Below, one piece after another: positions 1-12,868 of a stretch of DNA of 64,000 nt (its first letter is position 1; each line of letters begins with the position of its first letter). Origin of the DNA: Camelus ferus (taxonomy: Eukaryota); assembly GCF_009834535.1 (NCBI RefSeq), contig NC_045696.1:112408001-112472000 (forward strand). The letters are read 5' to 3'. The notes under the pieces are model-generated. The model had not been told where the DNA came from. It worked only from the letters and a program-made list of their open reading frames with translations, and did not search any database. The position numbers and the translations under genes are program-made.

Positions 1-170
1 AACATATAAAGAAGATATGAGAGAAATAATACAGAGGACACAAGGGGGTAAATAGAGATCATTGTAAGATTTTTAATATTGTACTTGGAGAGATTTAACA
101 ATAATCAAAGCAGACGAGAATAAGTTAAAGACACATTAAAATCTCTAAAACAAGTAAAAATATACATAAT
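1..170 (+). mobile_element. Old L1 fragment resembling the ORF1-ORF2 intergenic region
   Basis: A-rich sequence with gataagttaaaga/aatctcta-like motifs, resembling L1M inter-ORF sequence and the segment at ~1850-2030. Confidence 0.45.
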
Positions 171-171
171 G

Positions 172-1067
172 AAGACAAGATACAACAAACCTCCTAGAGG
201 AAAACATAGGCAAAACATTATCTGACATACATCTCAAAAATTTTCTCCTAGAAGAAATAAAAGCAAGAATAAACAAATGGGACCTAATGAAACTTACAAG
301 CTTCTGCACAGCAAAGGAAACCAGAAATAAAACAAGAAGAAAACCTACGGAATGGGAGAAAATTTTTGCAAGTGAAACCGACAAAGGCTTGATCTCCAGA
401 ATATATAAGCAGCTCATACGACTCAATAAGAAAAAAAATAAACAACCCAATCCAAAAATGGGCAGAAGACCTAAACAAGCAATTCTCCAAGGAAGACATA
501 CAAATGATCAAAAGGCACATGAAAAAATGCTCAGTATCACTAATTATTAGAGAAATGCAAATCAAAACTACAATGAGGTATCACCTCACACCAGTCAGAA
601 TGGCCATCATTCAAAAATCCACAAATGACAAATGCTGGAGAGGCTGTGGAGAAAGGGGAACCCTCCTACACTGCTGGTGGGAATGCAGTTTGGTGCAGCC
701 ACTATGGAAAACAGTGTGGAGATTCCTCAAAAGACTAGGAATAGACTTACCATATGACCCAGAAATCCCACTCCTGGGCTTTTATCCAGAAGGAAATCTA
801 CTTCAGGATGACACCTGCACCCCAATGTTCATAGCAGCACTATTTACAATAGCCAAAACATGGAAACAGCCTAAATGTCCATCAACAGGTGACTGGATAA
901 AGAAGATGTGGTATATTTATACAATGGAATACTACTCAGCCATAAAAACTGACAACATAATGCCATTTGCAGCAACATGGATGCTCCTGGAGAATGTCAT
1001 TCTAAGTGAAGTAAGCCAGAAAGAGAAAGAAAAATACCATATGAGATCGCTCATATGTGGAATCTAA
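172..1067 (+). pseudogene. L1 ORF2p C-terminal remnant with CCHC zinc knuckle; frameshift near the A-run at ~431-438
   Basis: ORF 504-1067 reads ...[19 protein letters not shown]...[18 protein letters not shown]...[11 protein letters not shown] 287-550 supplies the upstream L1 frame until the A-run. Confidence 0.93.
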
Positions 1068-1398
1068 AAAACAAAAACAAAAACAAACAAACAAACAAAA
1101 ACAAAGCGTAAATAAAGGACAGAAATAGACTCACAGACAGAGAATACAGACTTGTGGTTACCAGGGGGGTGGAGGGTGGGAAGGGATAGACTGGGATTTC
1201 AAAATTGTAGAATAGACTACACTGTATAGCACAGGGAAATATACACAAAATGTTATGATAACTCACAGAGAAAAAAAATGTGACAATGAGTGTGTATATC
1301 TCCATGAATAACTGAAAAATTGTGCTGAACACTGGAATTTGACACAACATTGTAAAATGATTATAAATCAATAAAAAATGTTAAAAAAAAAAAAAAAA
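172..1398 (+). mobile_element. Young 5'-truncated LINE-1 (ORF2 C-terminus, 3'UTR, poly-A)
   Basis: ORF2-like translation; AATAAA at 1370-1375; poly-A 1383-1398; (CAAA)n tract after the ORF2 stop. Confidence 0.97.
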
Positions 1399-3302
1399 CA
1401 GCAAGAGAAAAGCAACTTGTTACTTACAAGGGAACCCCAGTAAGATTATAAGCAGATTTTTCAGCAGGAACCATGCAGGCCAGAAAGAAGCGGCAAAATA
1501 TTTTCAAAGTGACTAAAGAAAAATATTTCCAACCAAGAATATTCTATTTGGCAAAGCTGCCCTTCAGAACTGAAGGAGAGATAAAGAGTTTTCCAGACAA
1601 GCAAAAGCTGAAGGAGTTCAGCACCACTAGCTTGGCCTCACAAGAAATGTTAAAGGGACTTGGTAAGCTGAAGCAAAAGGGCACTAATTAGTAACAGAAA
1701 AACATATGAAAGTATAAATCTCATGGGTAAAAGTCACTCTAAAGTTGAATTCAGAATAATTTAATGTTCTAATGGTGATAGGTAATCACTAATAAATCTA
1801 GTATAAAAGTTAAAAGACAAAAGTAGTAAAAATAACTATAAGTACAATATTTTAATGGATACACAAAATAAAATGTATAAATTGTGACATCAAAATGTAA
1901 AACACGTAAGGGCAGAGTAAAAATATAAAGCTTTAATATGTTTGAACTTAAGTTGTTATCAACTTAGATTGTTATAAGATGTTCCATGTAAGCCTAATAG
2001 TAACCACAAAGCAAAAGTCTATGGTAGATACACAAATGAGAAAGAGAAAGAAATTTAAGCATTCCTCCAAAGAAAGTCATTTAATCACAAAAAAATCAAA
2101 AGAAAAGAAAGGATCAAAGGAATTACAATGCAGACAGAAAAAAAAATTAATTTTTTTAACTGCCTACTGCCCAAACCAATAAAAAATTACTGTACATGTA
2201 AATGGACTAAATTCTCCAATCAAAAGATAGACTGGCTGAATGGATTAAAAAACCAAGACCTAACTATATACTGCCTACAAGAGACTCACATCAACTTTAA
2301 GGACACACATAGACTGAAACTGACATGAGAGAAAAAGATATTCTGCACAAATGGAAACCAAAAGAAAGCTGGGGTAGAAATACTTATATCAGAGTGTAAT
2401 GTAAGAGAAAGAAAGTCATTAGGTAATGATAACAGGGTCAATCCAAAAAGAGAATACAGTATCTGTAAGTATTTATGCACTCAATATAGGAACATCTAAA
2501 TAAATAAATCAAATATTAGCAGATCTAAAGGGAAAAACAGACAGCAATACAATAATAGTAGAGGACTTCAATACCCTACTTTCAACACTGAATGATCATT
2601 TAAACAAAAATTGAAGAAACACTAAACTTAAATGACTAATTAGGCTAGATGGACTTAAAAGATTTACAGAACATTTCATACAAAATCAACAGAATACACA
2701 TTCTTCTCACACATACATGGAACAATGCCCCAGATAGATCATATTGTTAGGTGTTAGGCCACACGACAAGTCTTAATAAATTTAAAAAGACTGAAATCAT
2801 ATCAAGCATCTTTCCCAACCACAATGGTATGAAACTAGAAATCCATTATAAGAAGAATATTGGAAAATTCACAAATATGTGGAGATTAAACAACATTTAT
2901 TGAACAATAAAGGGTCAAAGAAAAATTTTTAAAAAATTTTAAATATCTCGAGGCAAATGAAAGGGGAAATATAACATACCAAAACTTATATGGTGCAGCA
3001 AAAGCAGTTCTTTGAGGGAAATGCATGCCTACATTAAGAAACAAGAAGGATCTCAGATAAACAACTTAACTTTATTCTTCAAGGAACTAGAAAAGAAGAA
3101 CAAAGTCCGAAGTTAGTACAAAGAAGGAAATAACAAATATTAGAATAGAAATAAAGGAAATACAAACCAGAATGATAATGGAAAATGTCAATAAAATTAA
3201 GAACTGGTTTACTGAAAAGATATCTAAAACAGAAAAATCTTCAAGTAGACTCACCATGAAAAAAGGAGAGAGGACTCAAATAAAATCAGAAATGGAAGAG
3301 GA

Positions 3303-3474
3303 AAAAAAGAAGTTTCTTTTGTATAGTACAGGGAATCATGCTCAATACCTTGTAATAAATTTTAATGGAAAAAAAGTGAAAACAAATATATGTATGTATA
3401 TGCAATACTCGGACATTGTGCTGTACACCAGAAACTGGTACATTGTAATTGACTACACTTCAATTTAAAAAAAA
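3303..3474 (+). mobile_element. L1 3'UTR tip inserted in the older L1 ORF2
   Basis: tgtatagtacaggga...gctgtacaccagaaact...gactacacttcaatttaaaa matches other L1 3' ends in the window. Confidence 0.85.
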
Positions 3475-3656
3475 GGGGGGTGGGAGGGTATAGCTCAAGT
3501 GGTAGAGCACATGCCTAGCATGCCTGAGGTCCTGGGTTCAATCCCCAGTACCTCCACTGAAAAATCAAATAAATAAGTAAACCTAATTACCTCCCCTCTG
3601 TGGAAAAAAAAAAAAAAAAAAAGAATAAGAAAAGAAAGAATGAAAAAAAAAAAAAA
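3475..3656 (+). mobile_element. tRNA-Ala-derived SINE (vic-1-like, camelid)
   Basis: A box tagctcaagtggta, B box ggttcaatccc, acctaattacctcccc tail motif and poly-A. Confidence 0.93.
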
Positions 3657-5213
3657 AGAAATGAAAGAGGAGATGTTACAACTGATACCACAGAAATAAA
3701 AAGGATCATAACAGACCTCTAAGAACAATTATATATCAACAAATTGAACAACTGAGAAGAAATGGATTAATTGCTAGAACCATACAACCTACCAAGACCA
3801 AATAATGAAGAAATAGAAAATTTGAACAGAATAATTACTGGTAAGAAGGTTGAATCAGTAATAAAAAACCCCCAACAAAGGCAAGCGCAGAACCAGATGG
3901 TATCACTGGTAAATTCTACAGAACATTTAAAGAAGAAATAATACTAATTCTTTTCAAACTCTTCCAAAAATAGAAAGTGAGGGAACACTTCCAAAATCAT
4001 TTTATAAAGCCAGCATTACTCTGATACAAAATCAGACAAGAATGCCACAAGAAAAGAAAATCACAGGCCAATGTTCCTGATGAACATAGATGCAAAAATC
4101 CTTAACAAAATATGAGCAAACTGATTCCAACAATATGTTTTTAGGGATCATACACCATGATCAAGTGGGATTTATTATTCTAGGGATGCAAGGATGGTTC
4201 AACATCTGCAAACTAATCAATGTGATATACTACATCAACAACATTTCAGGTTAAAAAACCATGTAAGTCTCTCAACAGATGCAGAAAACGTATTTGACAA
4301 AATTCAATGTCCATTTATGAGAAAAACTCTCAACAAAGTGGGTAAAAAGGGAACTTATTGCAACATGACAAAAGCCATAATGAGAAGCCCACAGTGAACA
4401 TCATACTCAACAGTGAAAAACTGACAGCTTCTCTTCTAAAATTAGGAACAAGATAAGGATGCTCATTCTTGCTACTTTTATTCAACATAATACTGGAAGT
4501 CTTAGCCAGAATAATTAGGTTAGAAAATGAAATAAAAACCATCTAAATTGGAAAGGAAGAAGTAAAACTGTCTCTATTCACTGACAACATGATATTATAT
4601 ATAGAAAACTCTAAAGACTCCACCAAAAAACTATAAGAACTAATAAACAAGTTCAAGAAACTGGCAGGACACAAGATCAAAATACAAAAATCAGCTACAT
4701 TTCTAGACACTAATAATGAACTATCAGAAAAAGAAATTAAGAAAACAATTCCATTTACTATTGTTATCAAAAAGAGTAAAACACCTAGGAATAAATTTAA
4801 CAAAGGAGTTGAAAGACTTGTAAGTGAAAACCATTATACATTGATGAAATAAATTGAAGAAGACACAAATAAACGAAAAGATATTCCATGCCCATAGAAT
4901 TAATAGTTAAAATGTCCATATTACCCTAAGCAATATACAAATTCAGTGCAATCCCTATCAAAATTCCATTGGCAGTTTTCATAGAAATAGAACAAATAAT
5001 CCTCCTTAAAATTTATATGGAACCACAAAGACCCTGTATAGCCAAAGCAATCTTGACAAAGAACAAAACTGGAGACATCACATGTCCAGATTTCAAACAT
5101 ATTATAAGGCTATTGTATGGTAACAGTATGGAAACAGTATGGTATTGGAATAAAAAGAGATATAAAGATAAATGGAAGAGAATCAAGTGCCCATGGACAT
5201 ATGTTCAAACTGA

Positions 5214-5580
5214 GGAATAGTCATAATATGGAATACTCCTCAGCAGTAAAATGGAACAAATTCCTGGAATACACAATGACATGGAGAAATCTAAGAACAT
5301 TATACTAAGGTAGATATCATTATACAAAATGGTAGATCCATTTATATAAAGTCTTAGGACAGACAAAATTAACCTATTACAGTAAAACCTAGGACACAGA
5401 TTAACATGGACTGCTGGGAAGGGGAAGAGAATGATCAAATTGAGAGAACTTTCTGGAGGATTGGAAATGTACCTTGATAGGGATGTTGTATGCATACATG
5501 TATGCATGTGCCAAAACTCATTGAATTCTATATGTAAGATCTGTGAATTTTACTGTGTGCATGTTATACCTTGATTAATA
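5214..5580 (+). mobile_element. Ancient L1 (L1MC/MD/ME-type) 3' end
   Basis: atggaatactcctcagcagtaaaa...; tgccaaaactcattgaa...tgtgaattttactgtgtgcatgttatacct. Confidence 0.8.
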
Positions 5581-5999
5581 GAAGTATAAGAAATGTTCCT
5601 CCAAAGCATTTGATTTAAAAGGAACAGTTTAAGAAAACTAAAAAAAAAATTCTATTTGAGGAGCATATTGAGTTTGAACATATGAGGAGGACCAACTTAG
5701 TTTTTCTTGCGCCTAAGGCAGAGATGGCTCACCGTAGATGACACACAGCAAATGACTGACATTAATTGCTCTTTTTCCACACAAAGATCTAAAAGACTGG
5801 GAAAAGCAAAGAAGAAATCCAATACCCTTGGTTACTAGGAGCCCATTTTTAGCTCCCATCACACTGGACCAGATTTTTCTTGGAAATTCCACGCTCCAGA
5901 CCTCTGTCTCATGTGAAGCACTGTGGTTTGTAAGGTAACTCTATGTTTGTTAAAATAAATTCAGGCTCTCTTGTTCTTCGACATGTCACTGATTTGGAT

Positions 6000-6290
6000 A
6001 AAGACTTCAGTGGCTAAGTAGGTTTTGGGAACACTGATTTATTAGAAAACACCCTAAAAGTTTTAACTTATTGCAAGACCTCCTCGAGATCTTTAATATG
6101 CAAATGTTCAAGGTGACTCTTCATAATGGGGATACTTTGAGAAAATGTATAGGTTAATTTTGTCTGTTCTCAGACTTTATATGAGTAAGCTTTTTAAACC
6201 TACTTAAGCATGGATTCATTTATTCACTAAAAATCTCTGCCATGAGGAGTTCCATGGAACACATCTGGAGCATCTGGGGACAGAGCAAAG
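6000..6290 (+). mobile_element. hAT-Charlie-type MER (MER103-like) fragment
   Basis: tttgggaacactg...ttgcaagacctcctcgagatctttaatatgcaaatg; a related copy lies in the opposite orientation at ~8960-9240. Confidence 0.5.
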
Positions 6291-6380
6291 TCTGGTGTCC
6301 ACCTGAGCAGCCAAGGGAAGAAAACTGCATGTGGGCAAGTTCATGTCTAAAATAGTCACAGAACTCAAGTAATCACCATT

Positions 6381-6510
6381 ACATATATACATATTATATA
6401 TATTATTTTATATATATACACACATATATATAAAATATGTATAAGGCATGTATAATGTATAGATAATAAATACCATGTATAATGTATATAATGTATAAAG
6501 TGTATATAAT
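6381..6510. repeat. TA-rich low-complexity repeat
   Basis: Degenerate (TA)n/(TGTATAA)n. Confidence 0.8.
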
Positions 6511-8549
6511 GCTCCCAAATTTAAAAAAAATTAACTGCTTTGGAAGATAATACTGAGTGTTCAATTTATAAGCCTGCTAATTTAACTGAGGACTTAAATC
6601 CTTGAATAGACTGCTTCATCCTAATAAAGTTTATTCAGAATACAAAGCAATAAACTATATCTGAAGTACTTTTTAAAACTGAGTTTGAGAGCCAGATGCT
6701 GCCTGTGTGAATTTCCCACCACCTTCTCTCAGACATCTAAAGGCATAATCAAATAAACAACTTGTTGGTCTACAAACCAAAGTGCCAAGAGAGGTAATTT
6801 ATCAATTTGTTGAGTGGTCAGGGCTATCTGTCAGCAGATGGACCTGAAATGATTATTCTTTTGCATACTAGCTCTCCAATAGGATGCTCCAACATTCATG
6901 CTTTCCCTTGCCAAATCATTCCAAAATGGTGTGTTGATATAATACCATATCAAGGGACCTGCAACAAATGTCATCATCATTTGTTTTTTCAATTCTCTCA
7001 CTAAATGATCTTCACCCTCTATCTCTATTCTTTACATGGATAATACAACGGTTCTTAGCAATTTGCAGGGTTCCAGTAAAAATATTTTCTCTAGCTATAA
7101 TGCAGTCATGGCCAAGAGAAATCAGGGCAAACACTTTTCTGCCTTCTTTAGTAAGTACACATCCAAGCAGGAGCACGCAGGACACCTTGCTCAGGCAAGC
7201 CCCGGGCTCAGCATCCATCTTCCTGCTGCTTTACCGCTTCCAGAGTGACAGCTAAATTACTGCACGGGAAAGGTTTCTGTGGGCTGTAACCATAATACTG
7301 CCACTGAAACTAGTTTGCTGGCTAAAGGAAAAACAGAGATTGAAGGACAATTTTCATTAACAGAGAAAGATGGGGTATAGGACAGGAGAGCTGGGTGTGC
7401 AAGGGAGAGCAAGCCTCGCGACTCGAGGATAAAACACGAGGAGACACACTCTAATTGAGCAGTAATTTTCTTGTCAAGTGGCCGGCACATACTGAATCCT
7501 TGGAAGAACCCCACATCTGCAGCTTAGACTGTGTTACATGCTTTCTGTGCCCAATGGTTAAGAACGAAGGAAATTTTTACTTGTAAGTAGAAACGAAATT
7601 ACAGCAATGAAGAGAGAAAGTCAACAGTGTTTCCAAATGGAATGGACATATTATTTTCAGGAAAATGAAATATTTTCATTCAGAAAAAGGTGAATGAAAA
7701 TATTCTTTGCTGAAGCATCATTAAATGGTAGGATTGAAAACTAAGATTGAGAAATACGGGGGAAATCAATCCATGTTCAGCGAACTATCTGGCAAATATG
7801 TACAAACTACTGCACTCCATATATATAAGATGTGATCCTGGACTAAATGATCCTATAGCGTAAATGAAGCAGAGGGAAGACATTCCAATATATACTAGGT
7901 TACAAGTGTCTACTTCATCTCCAGTTGTCACTAGTACAGTTCACATAACAGGTCCTTCATATATATTTATTGAATAAATTACTGAACTAACATTTCTTAT
8001 TTAAAGGAGAAGTGGTCACAACCATACGAAAGTTACAGATGTGGGTAGTGGGCTTCAAAGAGTAAAGTTGACCCCTAGTTGGAAGGATCAAAGACGACTT
8101 TATAGTGACATGGCATGCGATTTGGGCATCAATATTGTTACACATTAGGAGGGTGAGAATAATATCGAGGAAGAACAAAGAACAGCATGAAGAGATAAGT
8201 GGAGAACTCCCAGGGATGAACAGGAAATAGCAGTGGTATTCCTCCTTGTCAGCAGCCAATGTCCAGGCTGAAATGAACACACTCCTGCCATTCTGATTTT
8301 CAGTATCTGATGAAGAAACCAGTGCTGTGTGTAGCAGCTACCTCTGTAACTACAAACCAAGTCATGTCATATCATGACTAGGCAAATGGTTGTGGACAAG
8401 CTATTCCTTTGCAAAATGTCAGGAAAACCCTTGGAGAGAGTTGTGTTAGCAATCTTCCATTATGACAAATCATGAATTGAAAATTTACATTTTTATTTGA
8501 CCCCCAGGTTTAGGTTAGAACTGGCATTAGCTTGACTAGTAATTTAATC

Positions 8550-8620
8550 CAGACTCAGTGCCTGGCACGTTGCCTGGCACACAGTACGTATGTGAGAAAT
8601 ATATGCCAAATGGATGAATA
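8550..8620 (+). mobile_element. L2 3' end fragment
   Basis: cagtgcctggcac...cctggcacacagta...tggatgaat. Confidence 0.6.
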
Positions 8621-8959
8621 TCAAAAATCAAGATTTTTGTTGTGTACCAAGGAATAGATTATATTATGGAGTAGAATTCTTTTATCATCTCTAGTTTAAC
8701 TCAACTTAAAACTTGAAGATCCAAACACTCCCATGAATGGTAAGAACATCTAATTCACAATGTAGTTGAAAAAAAAAAAAAAGGCACAGTTGCTTCCCAC
8801 TTCTCCTCCATACATTGAAATCACGGTTTCTAACCTGCCAAGGTCACTTACAGGCAGCCTTATTTTAACCCGGCTATTTGTTTGTTTTCCACATTTACTG
8901 TTCCCCTTGGATATTCACTTACAGGAATTTCACTCACATTATTTACTGCGAAGTAAATT

Positions 8960-9240
8960 GCTGCATGGTTTTCCAAAGGACTTTGATGAAGTATCCACAG
9001 AAAGCGGGTCCAAGGGTCAGATGAGTCTGGGAAATGCTTCCCACCCCAAGCCTACTCTTGGAGGTTCACTGTGTAAGTCACACACTTAAGTTTCTGAGAA
9101 GCCCTATAGTAAAAGAAGCCCAGTTAACTGTGTTTAACCCAGTGTTTCTCAAACTGTTATGAGCATGGAACCCCTTCGGATTGGCTTTCAGTCTCTTTCA
9201 GAACGAACAAAGTGTTCTGAGGTGCAAACTTGGGACAGAT
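8960..9240 (-). mobile_element. hAT-Charlie-type MER (MER103-like)
   Basis: tctgagaagccctatagtaaaagaagcccagttaactgtgtttaacccagtgtttctcaaact. Confidence 0.6.
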
Positions 9241-9244
9241 CCTA

Positions 9245-9512
9245 AGGCAGCGATTGCAGGCTGCTGGCCTGTATGGTATCTTACACGTGCGTGATCACAT
9301 ACATTGAGAGAGGGGGAGAGATGTTAGCACGTCTGGCAACACTGGCCCACATTCTCACCTGGCATCAGTCCCACTACCCCTTTTTCAGGGGGCACTGCTC
9401 CTCTGATTCATTATGACTCTGGCAGTCCCTTCTTGTTACTCCCAGACCATTTCATGCGTGTCCATCACTTGCTTGGTTCCTGTAGATATTTGACCTTGGA
9501 ATTCTTGCCCTG
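9245..9512 (+). mobile_element. hAT MER (MER102-like) fragment
   Basis: Terminal cctgtagatatttgaccttggaattcttg resembles the MER102 end. Confidence 0.4.
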
Positions 9513-10157
9513 GAGTATCTTAACCATTTAGGTGTCCCTACTACCCTTTACCCTTTTAGGTAAAAGAATGTCAGTGTTCAAATGCCCCCCAAAAAAAAAA
9601 AAGAGGGAGACATCAGTGTAAGATGAAGCCCCCTTTAAGCTATTAGAAGTAATTTCTATGTCTGCTGAACGTCAAGGAAACAGTAAGAAGACACCTATAT
9701 CAGCATCTTGGCCTCCAAATGGTATTTGACCCATTCTTTGTGTCTGCAAATCTATAATTCTCTTAAAGAAATATGGGAATCTTGGGATGTTACAAGATGT
9801 CACCATGAAGTGTTTCACTCATGTTCCCCAGAGATGGATCGTTACTTTTGAATGGGATCATTCCTCATTTCATTTCACATCTTTTTAGGCTCTTGCTCCA
9901 ATGACTGGCTGTCCTGGTGGTCCATGGAGTGAACTCTCCCATTTACCAAGAAATAGCACTGGGTCTACACAGCAAGCAGATTGCCTTCAAAAGGAAGCTC
10001 TTGGCTTTCCAGAATGAGTCCTTATTTCCCCTTTTCACGAACATCATGCTTATTCTTTTGTGGTAATAGGCTGAACTGCCCAGTGTGTGATTAGAAATGT
10101 CTTGGTTACCGAAAGTAACTCACTTTTCTAAATTTTAAAAGTAAGCATACATTTTAG

Positions 10158-10300
10158 TTTTTGTTTTGCTGGGGCTTTTTTTGGTGGGGAGTAGTGATGA
10201 GGTTTATTTACTAATTTTGTTAATGGAGGTACTGGGGATTGAACCCAGGACCTCGTGCATGCTGAGCATGCACTCCACCACTGGGCTATACCCTCCCCCT
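10158..10300 (-). mobile_element. tRNA-derived SINE (vic-1-like)
   Basis: Reverse complement of the SINE head; degenerate TSD aaagtaa...attttag on both sides. Confidence 0.92.
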
Positions 10301-11084
10301 CCAAAGTAAAGATATTTTAGGGCAATGGGGAGGCACTGGGAAAGATCAGAAAACCACAAGGGACATTTGGCACATAACCATTACACAGCCTTCTGGCAGG
10401 GAAGGCTAACACTGAAACAAGACATTTTCAAGAGGAGAGCCTCTACAGAGAAAAAGTAAGAGACAACATGTTCTGTCTCTGCTCCACTTGTGTTCTCCAA
10501 GTAGTGTATGCCACTCATGGCAGGATCTGCCTTAAAAATAGTTGATACTGAAAGCATTTGAAATATCAAGCACCTCTAGGAAGGTTTTTTTTTGTTTGTT
10601 TGATGGTGTTTTTTTTTTTTTTTAAACCAAAATGTCCCAAATATTTTATTTTTCATCACCTTAGGCTAAAAAGTGTATTTCAGCAATGCATCTCCTTATA
10701 CTGTTAAGATCAGGGTATATTCTCTAAGTATTTTCCAGTTTGCAACTTTTAAATCATGTCAGAGGTCAGCATCTCATAACTCATTGTCACTATGCCTCTA
10801 AGCCAACTGATTGTATTGTCACCAGAAAGAATGTAGCCTGAGGGGCTGCACGGGAAGTAAAAGAATCAAAGTTGCAAAAAGGAGCTTCCTGTTTATATTT
10901 TCCTCTTTTGGCATGAAGGGGTTGGAAGCAGAAATGCCACACACACAAAGCAGCCACTCAGCGCAGAAAAGCGTTCGGCTTAGTAAGTGCTGGTTTGGGT
11001 CTGGAGGAAAAGACATGTTGCTGGAGTTCCCAGTGTGGTTTTCTTTCAGCAAAATCTCAGATCAGTGTATCCAAAGTAGCATTT

Positions 11085-11247
11085 TATATATCTATGTATC
11101 TATATGTACACATACTTTAATTAAAATATATAAATTATATACATATAAAGTAGCACTGTATAAATATATATATTTATACTTTAAATATATATAATTATTT
11201 AATATATTAAATATAATATGTTATATTAATAATAGTATTAATACATA
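11085..11247. repeat. AT-rich low-complexity tract
   Basis: Degenerate (TA)n. Confidence 0.75.
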
Positions 11248-11505
11248 TTTTAATTGAAGTATAAGTGATTTACAATGTGATTTCTGCTGTACAGCATAGT
11301 GATTCAGTTATACATATATATCAATATATAGAAATATATTATACATATATAATATACATATTATACATATATTTCTCTCTCTATATATATTCCTTTTTAT
11401 ATTCTTTTTCTTATAGGCCATTAGAAGGTGTTAAATATGGTTCCCTATGCTATACAGTAGGACTTTGTTGTTTATCTATTTTATACATATATATATATAT
11501 ATATA
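11248..11505 (-). mobile_element. L1 3'UTR fragment with internal (TA)n expansion
   Basis: tttaattgaagtata...ttccctatgctatacagtaggactttgttgtttatctatttta. Confidence 0.9.
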
Positions 11506-11611
11506 CTTTTTAATTTTATAGCTAAACATGTTGTCTAACTAGCAAAAGCCAGTAACACCCTATCTCCCTTGACTTGATTCAAGCTTTAGGTTTGAACTGC
11601 CTGCTGACTAC

Positions 11612-11735
11612 TGTCATCCATTCATTCTACAAATATTTACTGAGCTAATGGGCTGGGTACTCTTTTGGGTACTACAGAAATAGTAGTGAGCAGCTGACAA
11701 TTCTAGCTTGCATAGATGGAGCTTACTTTCCAATG
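11612..11735 (-). mobile_element. L2 3' end fragment
   Basis: cattcattctacaaatatttactgag...atggagcttactttccaatgg. Confidence 0.65.
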
Positions 11736-12069
11736 GTCATAATTCCCCCATGTTTTAGTGACTCCAGTTTGTGTTTGTTTCTGTCAGCGGCACTGAAAAC
11801 ATGGTGGACTCAGTCCAGTAAATGTCAAGTCAGCAGCCCACGGCAAGGGAAGCTCTTAAGAGAAATTCATTCTACCTGTGTTTTGACTGCCAACATCCCC
11901 TGGTGCCTGTATATTCCCTAAACTACAGCAACAAGGCAATGGAGACAAGAGGACTAGTGCCCTGGACATGATAAAGTACGAAACGATCGTGATGTTCCTT
12001 GACGAAAAAAGTCAGCCACACAAGGTTTAAAAAACACACCTTTCCTTCCAAGATCTGTGTCTTGTACTA

Positions 12070-12160
12070 ACCACACAGGACTGCTGTGAGGGTTAAATGA
12101 ATATACAGCACTTAGAATTGTGCCTGGCAAATATTTTTGTGCTACTATTATTATTAATAA
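12070..12160 (+). mobile_element. MIR fragment
   Basis: ctgtgagggttaaatga...agcacttagaattgtgcctggca. Confidence 0.7.
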
Positions 12161-12422
12161 TTACTGTATGTTCTTGTCCTGTATAAGTCTTAAAAGTTTT
12201 ATATAATTATATCTCTATCTAAATGGGATACTGTCATATTCAGGTGCCTGGAGGCACCTGGAGGTTGGTGGGGGAAGGTCTTACTCTGATAATCTCATGT
12301 AACTCAAACAGCACCTGCACTTTTGATACCAATGATTTCTAGTTAAGTGTGTATTCAGTTGAACTAGAAATGTGTCTTTAAGTCTATCCAATTAAGACTT
12401 CAAATAAACATTTCTTGTAGTT

Positions 12423-12868
12423 ACTATTAGGGGTTAAATTGTGTCCCCAGCCCTCAAAAAAAAAAGGATATGTTGAAATCAATTCCTTAATGTGACCTTA
12501 TTTGGAAATATGGTTGCTGCAGATGTAATTAGTTAAGATCAGAGTGGAATAAGGTGGGTCCCTAATCCAATGTGACTGGTGTCTTAGAAGAAGAGGACCA
12601 TGTGAAGACAGAGAGAGTGCATGAGATGGTCAAGGCAGAAACTGGAGTTAGGTAGCTGTGAGCCCAGGAATGCCAAAAATTGGTAGCAAGCAAAGGAAAG
12701 CTAGGAAGAGGCGCAGAGGGATTCCCCGCTGCAGGTTTCAGCGTGGCCCTGCTGACACCGTGATTTCAGATGTCTAGTCTTCAGAACTGTGAGATGATAA
12801 ATTTCCATTGTTTTAAGCCACTCAGTTTGTGAAACCTTGTTACAAGAAGTCCTAGGAAACTAGTGTCA
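12423..12868 (+). mobile_element. MaLR solo LTR (MLT1B/C-like)
   Basis: aattgtgtcccc...gcagatgtaattagttaagat...ccctaatccaatgtgactggtgtc...cagaactgtgagatgataaatttccattgttttaagccac...ctaggaaacta. Confidence 0.9.

Larger units (their letters stand above)
1399..5213 (+). mobile_element. Older degraded LINE-1: ORF1 3' end, inter-ORF region and most of ORF2
   Basis: ORF1 motifs (AREKQLVTYKG, QPRIFY.AKL.F..EGEIKSFPDKQKLKEF); endonuclease motifs (NGLNSPIK, YCLQETH); RT motifs ([20 protein letters not shown]); many stops and frameshifts. Confidence 0.95.

Noticed and set aside
145..565. Minus-strand hydrophobic ORFs (also at 36191-36919, and on plus at 29866-30108)
   Set aside because: These are antisense translations of L1 ORF2, a well-known artefact.
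504..1067. 187-aa ORF as a functional gene
   Set aside because: It is the C-terminus of L1 ORF2 in a 5'-truncated, frameshifted copy.
3481..3556. tRNA-Ala-like sequences here and at six other sites as tRNA genes
   Set aside because: All carry SINE tails and/or TSDs and have diverged stems; they are SINE heads.
6934..6985. Short hairpins (also 17919-17939, 23736-23755)
   Set aside because: Stems of 7-9 bp are expected by chance in 64 kb of AT-rich DNA; intrinsic terminators are irrelevant in a mammal.
6800..8360. Overlapping 65-97 aa ORFs on both strands
   Set aside because: No recognisable homology or consistent exon structure; lengths are as expected by chance.
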